From: Planctomycetota bacterium
GTDB taxonomy: Bacteria > Planctomycetota > UBA8108 > SXIK01
DNA length: 64,000 bases
Assembly: GCA_965223845.1 (NCBI GenBank)
Contig: CBDCXR010000004.1
Span: 4,768,001 to 4,832,000, forward strand
Reading direction: 5' to 3'
In this document: positions 1 to 8,681 of the stretch, in pieces
How positions within the stretch are numbered: position 1 is the first letter of the stretch
Layout: each line of letters begins with the position of its first letter
The notes under the pieces: generated by a model
What the model was told of the DNA's origin: nothing
The model's input: the letters and a program-made list of their open reading frames with translations, nothing else
Databases searched by the model: none
Program-made: the position numbers and the translations under genes

Positions 1-2
1 GC

Positions 3-119
3 GAATCGGGCGGCGACATCGATCAGCTGATGGCCCGGCTCGGCGTAAAGCGGTCGAACCTCTACACGTGGCTCCGCCGCGTGGGGCTCGACATCCGCGC
101 GATGCGGCGAGACTTGTAG
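3..119 (+). CDS. 3' end of a probable Fis-type HTH regulator (likely sigma54 enhancer-binding protein), partial
   Basis: Not in the ORF track. Frame 3 reads ESGGDIDQLMARLGVKRSNLYTWLRRVGLDIRAMRRDL*, matching the C-terminal HTH_8 pattern of NtrC-family activators (GN..AA..LG(I/V)xRxxLYxxL). The AAA+ domain would lie outside the window. Confidence 0.65.
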   Translation, partial: ESGGDIDQLMARLGVKRSNLYTWLRRVGLDIRAMRRDL

Positions 120-164
120 CGCCCGGCGTCCCGCTCCGGAGCCGGCGAGCGAGATGCCGGACGC
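119..164. terminator. GC-rich hairpin between convergent genes (possible bidirectional terminator)
   Basis: Imperfect inverted repeat gcgcccggcgtcccgctc / gagcgagatgccggacgc; no clear U-tract. Confidence 0.4.
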
Positions 165-175
165 ACGCGTCGATC

Positions 176-2944
176 CTATCTGAGGCAGGGCCCGAGCTCA
201 TCGGGAGTCGGGTCGAGTCCTTCCTGTGGATAGGGTGGAGCGATCGTCGCCGTCGGCGTGAACAGCGTGTTGAGGACCGACATCGCGTCCGCGATCGTCA
301 GCACTCCATCGTCGTCGGCGTCCGCGGCATCGGGGCACGAGGGTGGACCGCCGTCGGCAAAGAGATAATTTAGAACGAAGAGCGGATCAGCGATGTTGAG
401 GTCGTCGTCGCCGTTCGCATCGCCGCGGAAGATGATCACCTCGCCGATGATCTGCATGACGCCGTCCTCGAGAACGGGAAGAATCGACGCGAAGCGCGCG
501 CTCCCGCGGTGAGTGAGCTCGTTGCGAAGCTTCAGTTCGCCGATGCCCTCGCCGTCGTCGCCGTTCGTGAGATCGAGAGTCACCGTTCCCGGTTCTGCGT
601 CCCCCGCGACGCGAAGGGGCACGCTAAAGACGTGCCAGTCGTCGCCGGGAGGAAGCTCGAAGTTCGGGCTCACGAGGCTCGGAATGAACCCGATGGCGAG
701 GAGCCCGTCCTCGATCTCGCTGACGAGATGGAAGGGAGCGTCGAGCTCGCGATCGTAAACGCTTCCGGTGAACGCGAGATTCTCCGGACTCTCGGCGAGG
801 TCGACTTCCGGGCCCATGCGAACGAAGAGCTGGAAGGCTTCGACCTCGATCGTATTCGAGACGAAGATCGGCACTTCGACGAGCTGCCCGGGCGCGGCGG
901 TGACGTCACCCACTCGAATGACATCGTCCGTTTCCGAGGGCGGAACCGGGTCGTACGCGGCGCAGTGGAGACCATCGTCCGTCGGATCATCCCCGATCTC
1001 GGCGTAAGGCGGCGGTATCGCCGGACCGTCGAGGAATGCGTTCGCTACGATGAAAATCACGTCGGAAAGATCGACTGTACCGTCGTCATTCACATCGCCC
1101 GCGTCGTAGCAACGAGGCGCGAGGTCTCCGAGAAAGAGAAAGCGTCGCAGCAGCAGAGCATCCGAAATCGAGATCTTTCCGTCTTCGTTCGCGTCGCCGC
1201 GGAGGAAGGGAACGCTCCCCTCGGGCGGAACGGGAGGAGGCGGAGGAGGAGCAGGCGGAGGCCCGCAATCGCCGACGTCCGGAGCGCCGTCCGCGTCGCG
1301 CGGACACCCATCTGCGATGTCCGCCGGAACGGTGAGAGTGCCGCCGTCGGTCCGCGCCGGAATGCGCCTCGAGGTCACGTCGTCGACAAGAGCAGCGTCC
1401 GCGAGCTCGATGGCGTAGTCGCCGGCCGCCGTCCCGCCGGCGAGGCAGATGTCGAGCGTGAGCACGGGCTCGGCCGAACCACCGGGAATCGATCTCGGCT
1501 CGGAGATCGAAGCGAGAAAGCTAACGCGGAGCCCGTCGTCATTGAACGCGGCGTACTGGAATCCGCTCGCGAACGATCCGGAGAGATCCGTGATCTCGAC
1601 GACATCCGCGATGACATCTCCTTCGGCGATGAGGGTCGCGGTGTAACCGGCCACCGAATCCGTGTTCGTCAGCGAAAGCGTGAGCGACGCCCCACCGCTC
1701 GCGTCCGCGGTCGCGTCGAGAAGCCCGATCTCGGCGGCCGGGTCGTCGATTGGAGTGCCTTCTCCGTAGACCGCGCAGTGAAGTCGGTCGTCCGTCGGAT
1801 CGGGTCCTACGTCGGGAAACGGCGGACAGGGGGTGCCGCCGGCGACGTCGGAGATCAAGATCATGATGACGTCGCTCAAGTCGAGAGCGCCGTCGTCATT
1901 GAAGTCACCTGCGTCCTGACAGGGAATCGATCCTCCCTGGAAGAGAAACTCCAGCGTGCGCGCGCCGTCGGCAAGACCGACGACACCGTCGCCATCGACG
2001 TCGCCGCGGACGAAATCCACCGACTCGCCCGGAGGCGGCGGCGGTGGCCCGGGCGGCGGACCTGGCGGGCTTCCCGGATCGCAGGCCTCAGCGTCCGTCG
2101 TCTCTGGTGACGGGCAGCCGGCGCCGCCGGGGAGCCCGGCGGGTACGACGACCGTTCCCGCCGACGTCGCCGCGTCGATCGCGCGCGAAGAGTCGAGCTC
2201 GGTGAGCTCGGCCCCCTCGAACGCCGCCGCGTACTCCCCGGGAGCGGTGCCCTCGACGAGGCATACGTCGATCTCGAGAACGGGGCGGCTCTCCCCCGGC
2301 TCGATCGCGACGTTCTCGACGAACGAGGCGAGATACCCGAAGCGAAGAATCCCGCCGCGCACCGTGGCGATCTCGAATTTCGTCGCGTCCGGGTCGCCGA
2401 AGAGATCGCGCGTCTCGGCTTCCGCGTTCGCGATCACGTCGCCGTCGAAACGGACGACTCCGGCGTAGGCCGATACGGGAACGGAGCTCGACAGGAGAAC
2501 GCGAAGCGTCAAGACCCCTTCGTCGCTGACGTCGCCGACCTCGACCTCGAGTCGCGCCGATGGATCGTCGAACTTCTCGCGCTCACCGTAGCTCTCGCAG
2601 GGGAGCTCCGGAGAGGTGGGATCTTCCCCCTCGTTCGCGAACGGCGCGCAGGGCGGTGCGGCTCCATTGTAGAAGTGGTTGAGGAGAGCGATCGGATCGG
2701 AGAGATCGATGTTGCCATCGTCGTTTACGTCACCGGTCGCCCAGCAATCGGGATCGTCGCCGCTGCGGAAGAGCCAGTTGAGCGTGTACTGCGTGTCGGA
2801 GATCGTCACCTCGCGATCACTGTTCGTGTCACCGCGGATGAAGGTTTGCGCGTCCGAGCTCGTCGCTCCGAACGCGAGGATCGCCGCCAGCCCCACGAGC
2901 ACAGCCTCGGCACGTCGAACGCGCCGGCGTCGTCGATGGATCAC
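176..2944 (-). CDS. Secreted scaffold protein: 4 dockerin-like and 3 cohesin-like domains, alternating, with Pro-rich linkers
   Basis: Signal peptide ending SDA-Q. Four F(I/V/L)RGDxNxD...D(x)NDDG duplicated EF-hand-like units. Intervening ~140-aa beta-rich domains with a cohesin pattern (e.g. VGDVTAAPGQLVEVPIFVSN..VEAFQL). GTG start at 2944 follows a GGGAGG RBS; the ORF track extends to 3052. Confidence 0.85.
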   Translation of the reverse strand: MIHRRRRRVRRAEAVLVGLAAILAFGATSSDAQTFIRGDTNSDREVTISDTQYTLNWLFRSGDDPDCWATGDVNDDGNIDLSDPIALLNHFYNGAAPPCAPFANEGEDPTSPELPCESYGEREKFDDPSARLEVEVGDVSDEGVLTLRVLLSSSVPVSAYAGVVRFDGDVIANAEAETRDLFGDPDATKFEIATVRGGILRFGYLASFVENVAIEPGESRPVLEIDVCLVEGTAPGEYAAAFEGAELTELDSSRAIDAATSAGTVVVPAGLPGGAGCPSPETTDAEACDPGSPPGPPPGPPPPPPGESVDFVRGDVDGDGVVGLADGARTLEFLFQGGSIPCQDAGDFNDDGALDLSDVIMILISDVAGGTPCPPFPDVGPDPTDDRLHCAVYGEGTPIDDPAAEIGLLDATADASGGASLTLSLTNTDSVAGYTATLIAEGDVIADVVEITDLSGSFASGFQYAAFNDDGLRVSFLASISEPRSIPGGSAEPVLTLDICLAGGTAAGDYAIELADAALVDDVTSRRIPARTDGGTLTVPADIADGCPRDADGAPDVGDCGPPPAPPPPPPVPPEGSVPFLRGDANEDGKISISDALLLRRFLFLGDLAPRCYDAGDVNDDGTVDLSDVIFIVANAFLDGPAIPPPYAEIGDDPTDDGLHCAAYDPVPPSETDDVIRVGDVTAAPGQLVEVPIFVSNTIEVEAFQLFVRMGPEVDLAESPENLAFTGSVYDRELDAPFHLVSEIEDGLLAIGFIPSLVSPNFELPPGDDWHVFSVPLRVAGDAEPGTVTLDLTNGDDGEGIGELKLRNELTHRGSARFASILPVLEDGVMQIIGEVIIFRGDANGDDDLNIADPLFVLNYLFADGGPPSCPDAADADDDGVLTIADAMSVLNTLFTPTATIAPPYPQEGLDPTPDELGPCLR

Positions 2945-3048
2945 TTCCCGTCCCTCCCGCGAACCCATGCACCTCGGAGTCTCACCTCTCGCGGGGTGAG
3001 CCCACCTCGCCCGCCCGGCGGAGGGTACAATCCCCCCACCGGCATCGA

Positions 3049-3062
3049 GCAAACGATGTTCC
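3049..3062 (-). promoter_or_regulatory. sigma54 (-24/-12) promoter
   Basis: Minus strand GG-AACATCGTTT-GC(T): exact GG-N10-GC spacing with TTGC. Shared with the paralogue's upstream region. Confidence 0.7.
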
Positions 3063-3451
3063 CCGAACCCGAATGCGAGCCGAGTTCTAGACGATCCGGC
3101 GGGAGCTCGTCGCAGCTCGTCCGCCGCCCCCGGCGGCGCCCGATCGACCGGCTGAACGCAATCTCTCGAAACGGGAACGACTTACGCGCGCGAGTGGCGC
3201 GAAAGATCGGGTGGCGGGACCGATCTCGGCGGTGCGAACGCCACTCGTGATTCGAGCCCGCTCAACGTCTCGAACGACGGAAACGTAAAGCCCGGCTTAC
3301 TCTCCCCGCCGAGGTTTCCGATCGGGTCGGAATCGTTCTCGTGAGACGAAAGAAAGGGAAGCGCCGAGGTCGACGCTTCCCTTCTGAGAGTGTGCGGATC
3401 CGTCGCGTTCGAGATCAGCGGAGACTCGTCCGCCACTTCCGGCAGCTGCAG

Positions 3452-5446
3452 CTACCGGTCGACGTTGCTCGCCCCGGAACGGCACACGTCGAGCTCGTCC
3501 TCCGTCGGATCCACGCCCAGATTCGGGTAGGGAGGAGCGATGATCTGATCCGACGTGAAGAGCGTCATGAGAACCGCGGTCGCATCCGCGAGCGTCACCT
3601 CACCGTCGTCGTCGGCATCCGCTGCGTCGGGACAGGACGGGTCGGCCCCGTCGGAGAAGAGGAAGTTCAGGATGTAGAGTGGGTCCGCGATGTTGAGCTT
3701 CTGGTCGTCGTTCGCATCGCCACGGAAGATGATGATCTCGCCGACGATCTGCATGAATCCGTCTTCGAGCTGCGGGCGGATCGACGCGAAGCGCGCGTCG
3801 CCGTTGTGCGTGAGCTCGTTCCGGAGCTCGTACGGCCCGACCCCCTCGCCGTCTTCGCCGTTCGTGAGATGGAGCGTCATCGTCCCCGGCTCAGCCGTTT
3901 CCTTCACCTTGAGGGAAATGTTGAAAACGTGCCATTCGTCTCCCGCCGGCAGTTCGAAGGTCGGATCGATGAGGCTCGGGATGAATCCGACGGCGATCAG
4001 CCCTTCGTCCATCCATCGTGCCGCGTGGAACGGCGCCTCGAGCTCGCGATCGTAGAACGATCCTGCGAAGGAGAGGTGCACCAGTCCTTCGGCCGGTTCG
4101 ATCTCGGGGCCGACCTCGAGGAATAACTGGAATGCCTCGACCGGGACGTCGTTCGACACGTAGATCGGAACGTCGACGACTTCGCCGGGAGCGGCGACGA
4201 CATCGCCGACGCGGATGACATCTGTAGTCACCGCGGGCGGTACCGGATCGTACACGGCGCAGTGGAGCCCGTCCGCCGTCGGGTCGTCGCCAGGAACGCC
4301 GAGCGGCGCGGGGAACGCGGGTCCGCCAAAGAGGAGTGCGTTGACCAGAAAAATCGGATCCGTGATGTTGACGGTTCCGTCGTCGTTGGCGTCCCCAGAG
4401 TCGCTGCAGCCCAGAGTCCGATCTCCGAAGAAGAGAAAGCGGCGAAGAAGGAGCGCGTCGGAGAGTGTGACGATGCCGTCCTCATTTGCGTCTCCGCGAA
4501 CGAAGGGCACGCTACCTCCGGGGGGAGGTGGCGGAGGAGGTGGCGGCGGCGGAGGCGGCGGCGGTCCGGATTCGTCGAGACAGCCCTCGAGATTCACTAG
4601 CTCTTTGGACTCGCAGCCCGCTCCCGGGGCGAGGTCCTCGCTGAGCGAGATCGTCCCCGCCGACGTTGCGGGCGAGATCGAACGCGCCGACTCCGCGTCG
4701 ACGAGCTCGGCCGAGGCGACCGTGAGACCGTAGTCGCCGGCGCCCGTCCCCGCCGCGAGACACACGGAGAGGCTCGCGACGGGCACGTCCTCTCCAGCCG
4801 GGATCGAGAACCCTTCGTTGAACGACACGATGAAGCCGGCAGTGAGCACGCCATCGTAGACGCGGGTCATATTGAAGTCGGCACTCTCCGACGCGAGATT
4901 GGTGCTCACGACTTCCTGGTCCGCGATGACGCCCCCGTCGAACTCGACCGAGATGGAGTATCCGGCGATGGGCGCCGAGTTCGAGACGAGAACGGTCAGC
5001 GTCACGCTCCCGTCTGCGTCCACGCCGTCGACGGCCACCTCGAGACCGGCACCGGGATCCTCGAGCGGACTCCCGTTCCCGTACTCTTCGCACGGAAAGC
5101 CGGATCCGGACGGATCCTCTCCCTCAGTGGGGAACGGCTCGCACGGCGCCGGACCGCCGTTGTAGAAGTGATTGAGGAGCGCGATGGGATCGACGATGCT
5201 GATCTGGTTGTCGCTGTTCACGTCTGCGGAGGAGAGACACGAAGGCCCGTCCTTCGCCCGAAAGAGCCAGCCCAACGTGAAGTAGGTATCCGCGATCGTC
5301 ACGGCGCGATCACCATTCGCGTCGCCGCGGATGAACGTCTGCGCTCGGATCGCCGGCGTGGCGAACAGCACCAATAGGAGCCCCGTCGCGGCGACGACCG
5401 TCGTTGCGACTCGTGCCGGGTTCTGCTTTGAATTCATGGCGAACAC
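3452..5446 (-). CDS. Secreted scaffold paralogue: 3 dockerin-like and 2 cohesin-like domains, alternating, with a Pro15 linker
   Basis: Signal peptide ending IRA-Q, then QTFIRGDANGD. C-terminal half closely resembles 176..2944 (GSVPFVRGDANEDG, LRNELTHxGxARFASI). Confidence 0.85.
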   Translation of the reverse strand: MFAMNSKQNPARVATTVVAATGLLLVLFATPAIRAQTFIRGDANGDRAVTIADTYFTLGWLFRAKDGPSCLSSADVNSDNQISIVDPIALLNHFYNGGPAPCEPFPTEGEDPSGSGFPCEEYGNGSPLEDPGAGLEVAVDGVDADGSVTLTVLVSNSAPIAGYSISVEFDGGVIADQEVVSTNLASESADFNMTRVYDGVLTAGFIVSFNEGFSIPAGEDVPVASLSVCLAAGTGAGDYGLTVASAELVDAESARSISPATSAGTISLSEDLAPGAGCESKELVNLEGCLDESGPPPPPPPPPPPPPPPGGSVPFVRGDANEDGIVTLSDALLLRRFLFFGDRTLGCSDSGDANDDGTVNITDPIFLVNALLFGGPAFPAPLGVPGDDPTADGLHCAVYDPVPPAVTTDVIRVGDVVAAPGEVVDVPIYVSNDVPVEAFQLFLEVGPEIEPAEGLVHLSFAGSFYDRELEAPFHAARWMDEGLIAVGFIPSLIDPTFELPAGDEWHVFNISLKVKETAEPGTMTLHLTNGEDGEGVGPYELRNELTHNGDARFASIRPQLEDGFMQIVGEIIIFRGDANDDQKLNIADPLYILNFLFSDGADPSCPDAADADDDGEVTLADATAVLMTLFTSDQIIAPPYPNLGVDPTEDELDVCRSGASNVDR
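4520..4564 (-). repeat. Polyproline (15 Pro) coding tract
   Basis: 15 consecutive CCN codons on the minus strand, with mixed codons. Confidence 0.9.
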
Positions 5447-5567
5447 TCGTCCCCTCTCTCAAGCCTCGAAGACCGCGGGAGCACCGCGCTCCCACCGGTC
5501 CGCACGTTCTCCCCGGGTTCGGCCTCAACCCGGGCCCACACCCACTCCTCTACGCTTCCCCGATTGA

Positions 5568-5581
5568 GCAAAGCGTGTTCC
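5568..5581 (-). promoter_or_regulatory. sigma54 (-24/-12) promoter
   Basis: Minus strand GG-AACACGCTTT-GC(T), about 120 bp upstream of the start. Confidence 0.72.
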
Positions 5582-5797
5582 GCGGCTCGAAAACGCGGCG
5601 AGACGATTGCACGCAACCAGCTTCGTCGTTATAGGTTACGGGCGATTCCTCGAGACGCCGGTGCCCGCGCGCCGTAAAGCAGCACTTACCGCGGTCGGGC
5701 GTGGATTCCGATCGCATCGGAATCGGCCCCGCGATTTCGACGGGCTTCCCGAGCGCCCGGTCGGCCTGGACCGAGCGCGGCGAAAGAGCAGGAGTTC

Positions 5798-6886
5798 ATG
5801 AACACGTTCGACATCTACCTCGCCCCGAGCGAGGGGCCGGCGAATTGGTCGGCGCTTTGCGATCATCTTCGCGGCATTCCGCACCTCCACCGCTCGCCGA
5901 GCGAACCCGAGCTCCTCCGCTACTTCAATCGCGACACCACCACACACTTCAACATCGTTCTCGGTCCCGAAGTGCTGCGCGCCGCGTTCCCCTCGGAGGC
6001 GTCGATGCCGGAGCGCATCGACGCCCTCAGCGAAGCGTCGGGTGGGACCGCGAGCTCGCGCGCGGACGAGGAGGACGACGCGGAGCCCTACCCTCCGGAC
6101 GACGACGAAGAGGAATTCGACGACGATGGCGAGCCGGCCGAGCTCGGCCCGGAGATTCCGGCGGTTCACCTGCAAGTGCCGCTCTTTCGTCCGACCTTCT
6201 TCATCCGAGAGGCCCTCGCGCTCGGCGAAGGCCTCGCCGAAGCGGCCGGCGCCCATCTGGTATCCGACGCCGACGACGGCGAAGGCGGGGAGGACGGGGA
6301 CAACTCGCTCGGTGACGCCGCCGCAGTGGAGACGGCGTGGCGCGCCGCGAATCGCGCGCTCTTTCGCACCCTCGACGGCCGCGCCCGCGTGGAAGTCTGG
6401 AGTGAAGACCGCTGCGCGGAGTTCTACGCGTACGGCGCCAAACTGGATGAACTTCGCCGCCGGTTCGAGCCCGAGGGCCTGGAGGTCCTCCCGATTCAGC
6501 TCGCCGCGCACGGCGATGGCACCCAAACGCTGTGCGTTTGGCGGATCGATCGGCCCGCGGTCCTACCGAAAACGGATCTCGTTCTCGTCGAACGCCCGAG
6601 CGAGAAGCGCGGACTCCTCCGGCGGAGGCGCATCGAAGAGATCATCGTCTCGGGCAAAGACGTCTGGGATCGCGTCGTTCCCTTCGCGGAGAGCCAGTAC
6701 GACCCCGTCCCGATGCTCCTCGTCAGAAGCGCGGCCGACTCGAACGCTCAGCTCGCGACGAGTCTCGAAGCGCTCGAGGGCGTCCCGGCTTCAAACGCGA
6801 AGAGAACTCAATTCGGCGCGGCGTCCATCGTCGACTTTTCGATCGACGACGCCAAAGGTCCCGCGGGCACGACGACCTTCGATTGA
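5798..6886 (+). CDS. Hypothetical protein with acidic low-complexity segments
   Basis: AGGAG RBS before the ATG; protein-like composition; fills the gap between divergent and convergent genes. Confidence 0.75.
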   Translation: MNTFDIYLAPSEGPANWSALCDHLRGIPHLHRSPSEPELLRYFNRDTTTHFNIVLGPEVLRAAFPSEASMPERIDALSEASGGTASSRADEEDDAEPYPPDDDEEEFDDDGEPAELGPEIPAVHLQVPLFRPTFFIREALALGEGLAEAAGAHLVSDADDGEGGEDGDNSLGDAAAVETAWRAANRALFRTLDGRARVEVWSEDRCAEFYAYGAKLDELRRRFEPEGLEVLPIQLAAHGDGTQTLCVWRIDRPAVLPKTDLVLVERPSEKRGLLRRRRIEEIIVSGKDVWDRVVPFAESQYDPVPMLLVRSAADSNAQLATSLEALEGVPASNAKRTQFGAASIVDFSIDDAKGPAGTTTFD

Positions 6887-6913
6887 GCCGCGGCGCGACG
6901 CCGGCCCGAGAAG

Positions 6914-7564
6914 CTACAGCGGCGGGCCGTCTTCGTCGGTCCCGGCTTCGGGATTCTGGAAGTGGCTCTCCTGTACGGGAACCACTTCCTCGAGGATCTG
7001 CTGCAGAATCGCGCCGGGACTGCCGACCGCGTCGACTTCCGCGATCGGGGTTCCTCGGTCGGCGTAGAACTCGAGAACCGGCAAGGTCTCGCGCTCGAAC
7101 ACATCCCAGCGCTTGCGAATCGTTTCTTCGCGCGCGTCGTCGGCGCGATTCTCCTTGAGAGCACGACGGGTCAACCGCCGAATCATCTCTTCCTTGTCCG
7201 TGCAGATGAGGTGCACGACCTTCAGCACCTCGATCGTGTCCTTGACGAGCCCCGCTTGCTCCGTGTTCCGCGGGATGCCGTCGAGGATGAGAAGGTCCAC
7301 GGTCGGCTTGTAGAGGCTGAGCACCGTCTGAGCGTGGAGATTCTGCTTCCACATGCCGACCGTCACCTCGTCGGGAACGAGCTCGCCCTTCGACGAGTGT
7401 TCGGCGAAGAGGCGACCGAGGTCGGACGAGACGTCGATCGTCCGAAATACTTCACCGCACGAGAGGTGAAAGAAGCCCGGAATCTGGCCGAGGATCTTTC
7501 CCTGCGTTCCCTTTCCCGCTCCGGGCGCACCGAAAAGAAGTACGGTGTTGTAAGCCGTAGACAT
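6914..7564 (-). CDS. adk: Adenylate kinase (short-LID type)
   Basis: GAPGAGKGTQ P-loop, HLSCGEVFR, GELVPD, LDGIPRN, RADD. Confidence 0.92.
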   Translation of the reverse strand: MSTAYNTVLLFGAPGAGKGTQGKILGQIPGFFHLSCGEVFRTIDVSSDLGRLFAEHSSKGELVPDEVTVGMWKQNLHAQTVLSLYKPTVDLLILDGIPRNTEQAGLVKDTIEVLKVVHLICTDKEEMIRRLTRRALKENRADDAREETIRKRWDVFERETLPVLEFYADRGTPIAEVDAVGSPGAILQQILEEVVPVQESHFQNPEAGTDEDGPPL

Positions 7565-7696
7565 ATTGTTCGTTTCCGCCGCGATGAGTTTTGGATTGAG
7601 CAGTTGCATGATATTCGCTACCAGCGGGAATCGGTACTCGTTCCTCCGGCCGGAGTGCAAGCGGAGTGCCGGCGAAGGGAGCTGTCCGGACCCGAG

Positions 7697-8593
7697 CTAC
7701 GAGCGGCGCTGAGCCGAGATGAGAAACGTGCCGCCCGCGACCATCGCGATGCCCGCGACCCACTCGTCGAACGCTAGGGTGACGCCCAGAACCGAGCTCG
7801 CGAGGAGCGCGGTGACGAACGGACCGGCGAGGTGCGCCGAGGCCGCGATCGTCGCGCCGAGGCTTCGAATCGCGGCGATGTAGAGGACGTGCGAGAGCGC
7901 GATGCCGACGAGGGAGGATGTGAGGATCCACGTCCAACCCTCGCCGTCGAGGCGGGAGGTCGCCGTCCAGTCACCGCAGGCAGCCATGAGGACGATCGCC
8001 CCGGCGGCGACGTACTGCGCGATCACGCCGAAGCCGAGAATCGGGGAGACATCGGTCATGAATCGGCGGAGCGCGACCGCGTAGAGTCCAAAAAACGCAC
8101 AGCAGAACACCATGATGACGATCCCGGTGGCGGTCGTCTCGTCCGCCGCGTCCGTCCAGATCCCCTGGAGGTAAGAGAGGCCGACGAAGCCGCCGATGGT
8201 GAGGGCGAGACCGAGGCGGAATCTCCCGGAGCGGAGGAGGTACCGCTCGTCTGGGAAGAGGAGCATAGCCCCGACGAGCGCGAAGACCATCGACCCTTTG
8301 AGGAGGAATCCGATCAGCTCTGCCGGCAGATAGTACGGGCTCAGCGCCCAGAGCACCTGTCCACCGAGCGAGCACGCCGCCGGAACGAGGGCACGCTTCC
8401 AAATCCCGGGGGGAAGGGTCCCGCGCCGCCAGGAGGCGAGAACGAACGGAAGGAAGAGCAGGGCGGAGAACGGATAGCGGAGACCGTTCGCCGTCCACGC
8501 GTCGACGTGATCGACGAGCAGCTTGAGGAGTACGGGCGTGGCTCCCCACGCGACGACGTTGATGACGAGAGCGATCGTGGCGCGCGGGTGCAT
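7697..8593 (-). CDS. DMT/EamA family transporter
   Basis: About 10 TM helices in two EamA-like halves, beginning ..AWGATPV.. Confidence 0.85.
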   Translation of the reverse strand: MHPRATIALVINVVAWGATPVLLKLLVDHVDAWTANGLRYPFSALLFLPFVLASWRRGTLPPGIWKRALVPAACSLGGQVLWALSPYYLPAELIGFLLKGSMVFALVGAMLLFPDERYLLRSGRFRLGLALTIGGFVGLSYLQGIWTDAADETTATGIVIMVFCCAFFGLYAVALRRFMTDVSPILGFGVIAQYVAAGAIVLMAACGDWTATSRLDGEGWTWILTSSLVGIALSHVLYIAAIRSLGATIAASAHLAGPFVTALLASSVLGVTLAFDEWVAGIAMVAGGTFLISAQRRS

Positions 8594-8681
8594 GGGCCCA
8601 CGAGTCTACCAGCTCTCCCTCGAACGGAAAGAGAGCCCGAGACCGGTTCGCCCGGCGGCGCGAACGGACCTAGCGGCCGCT

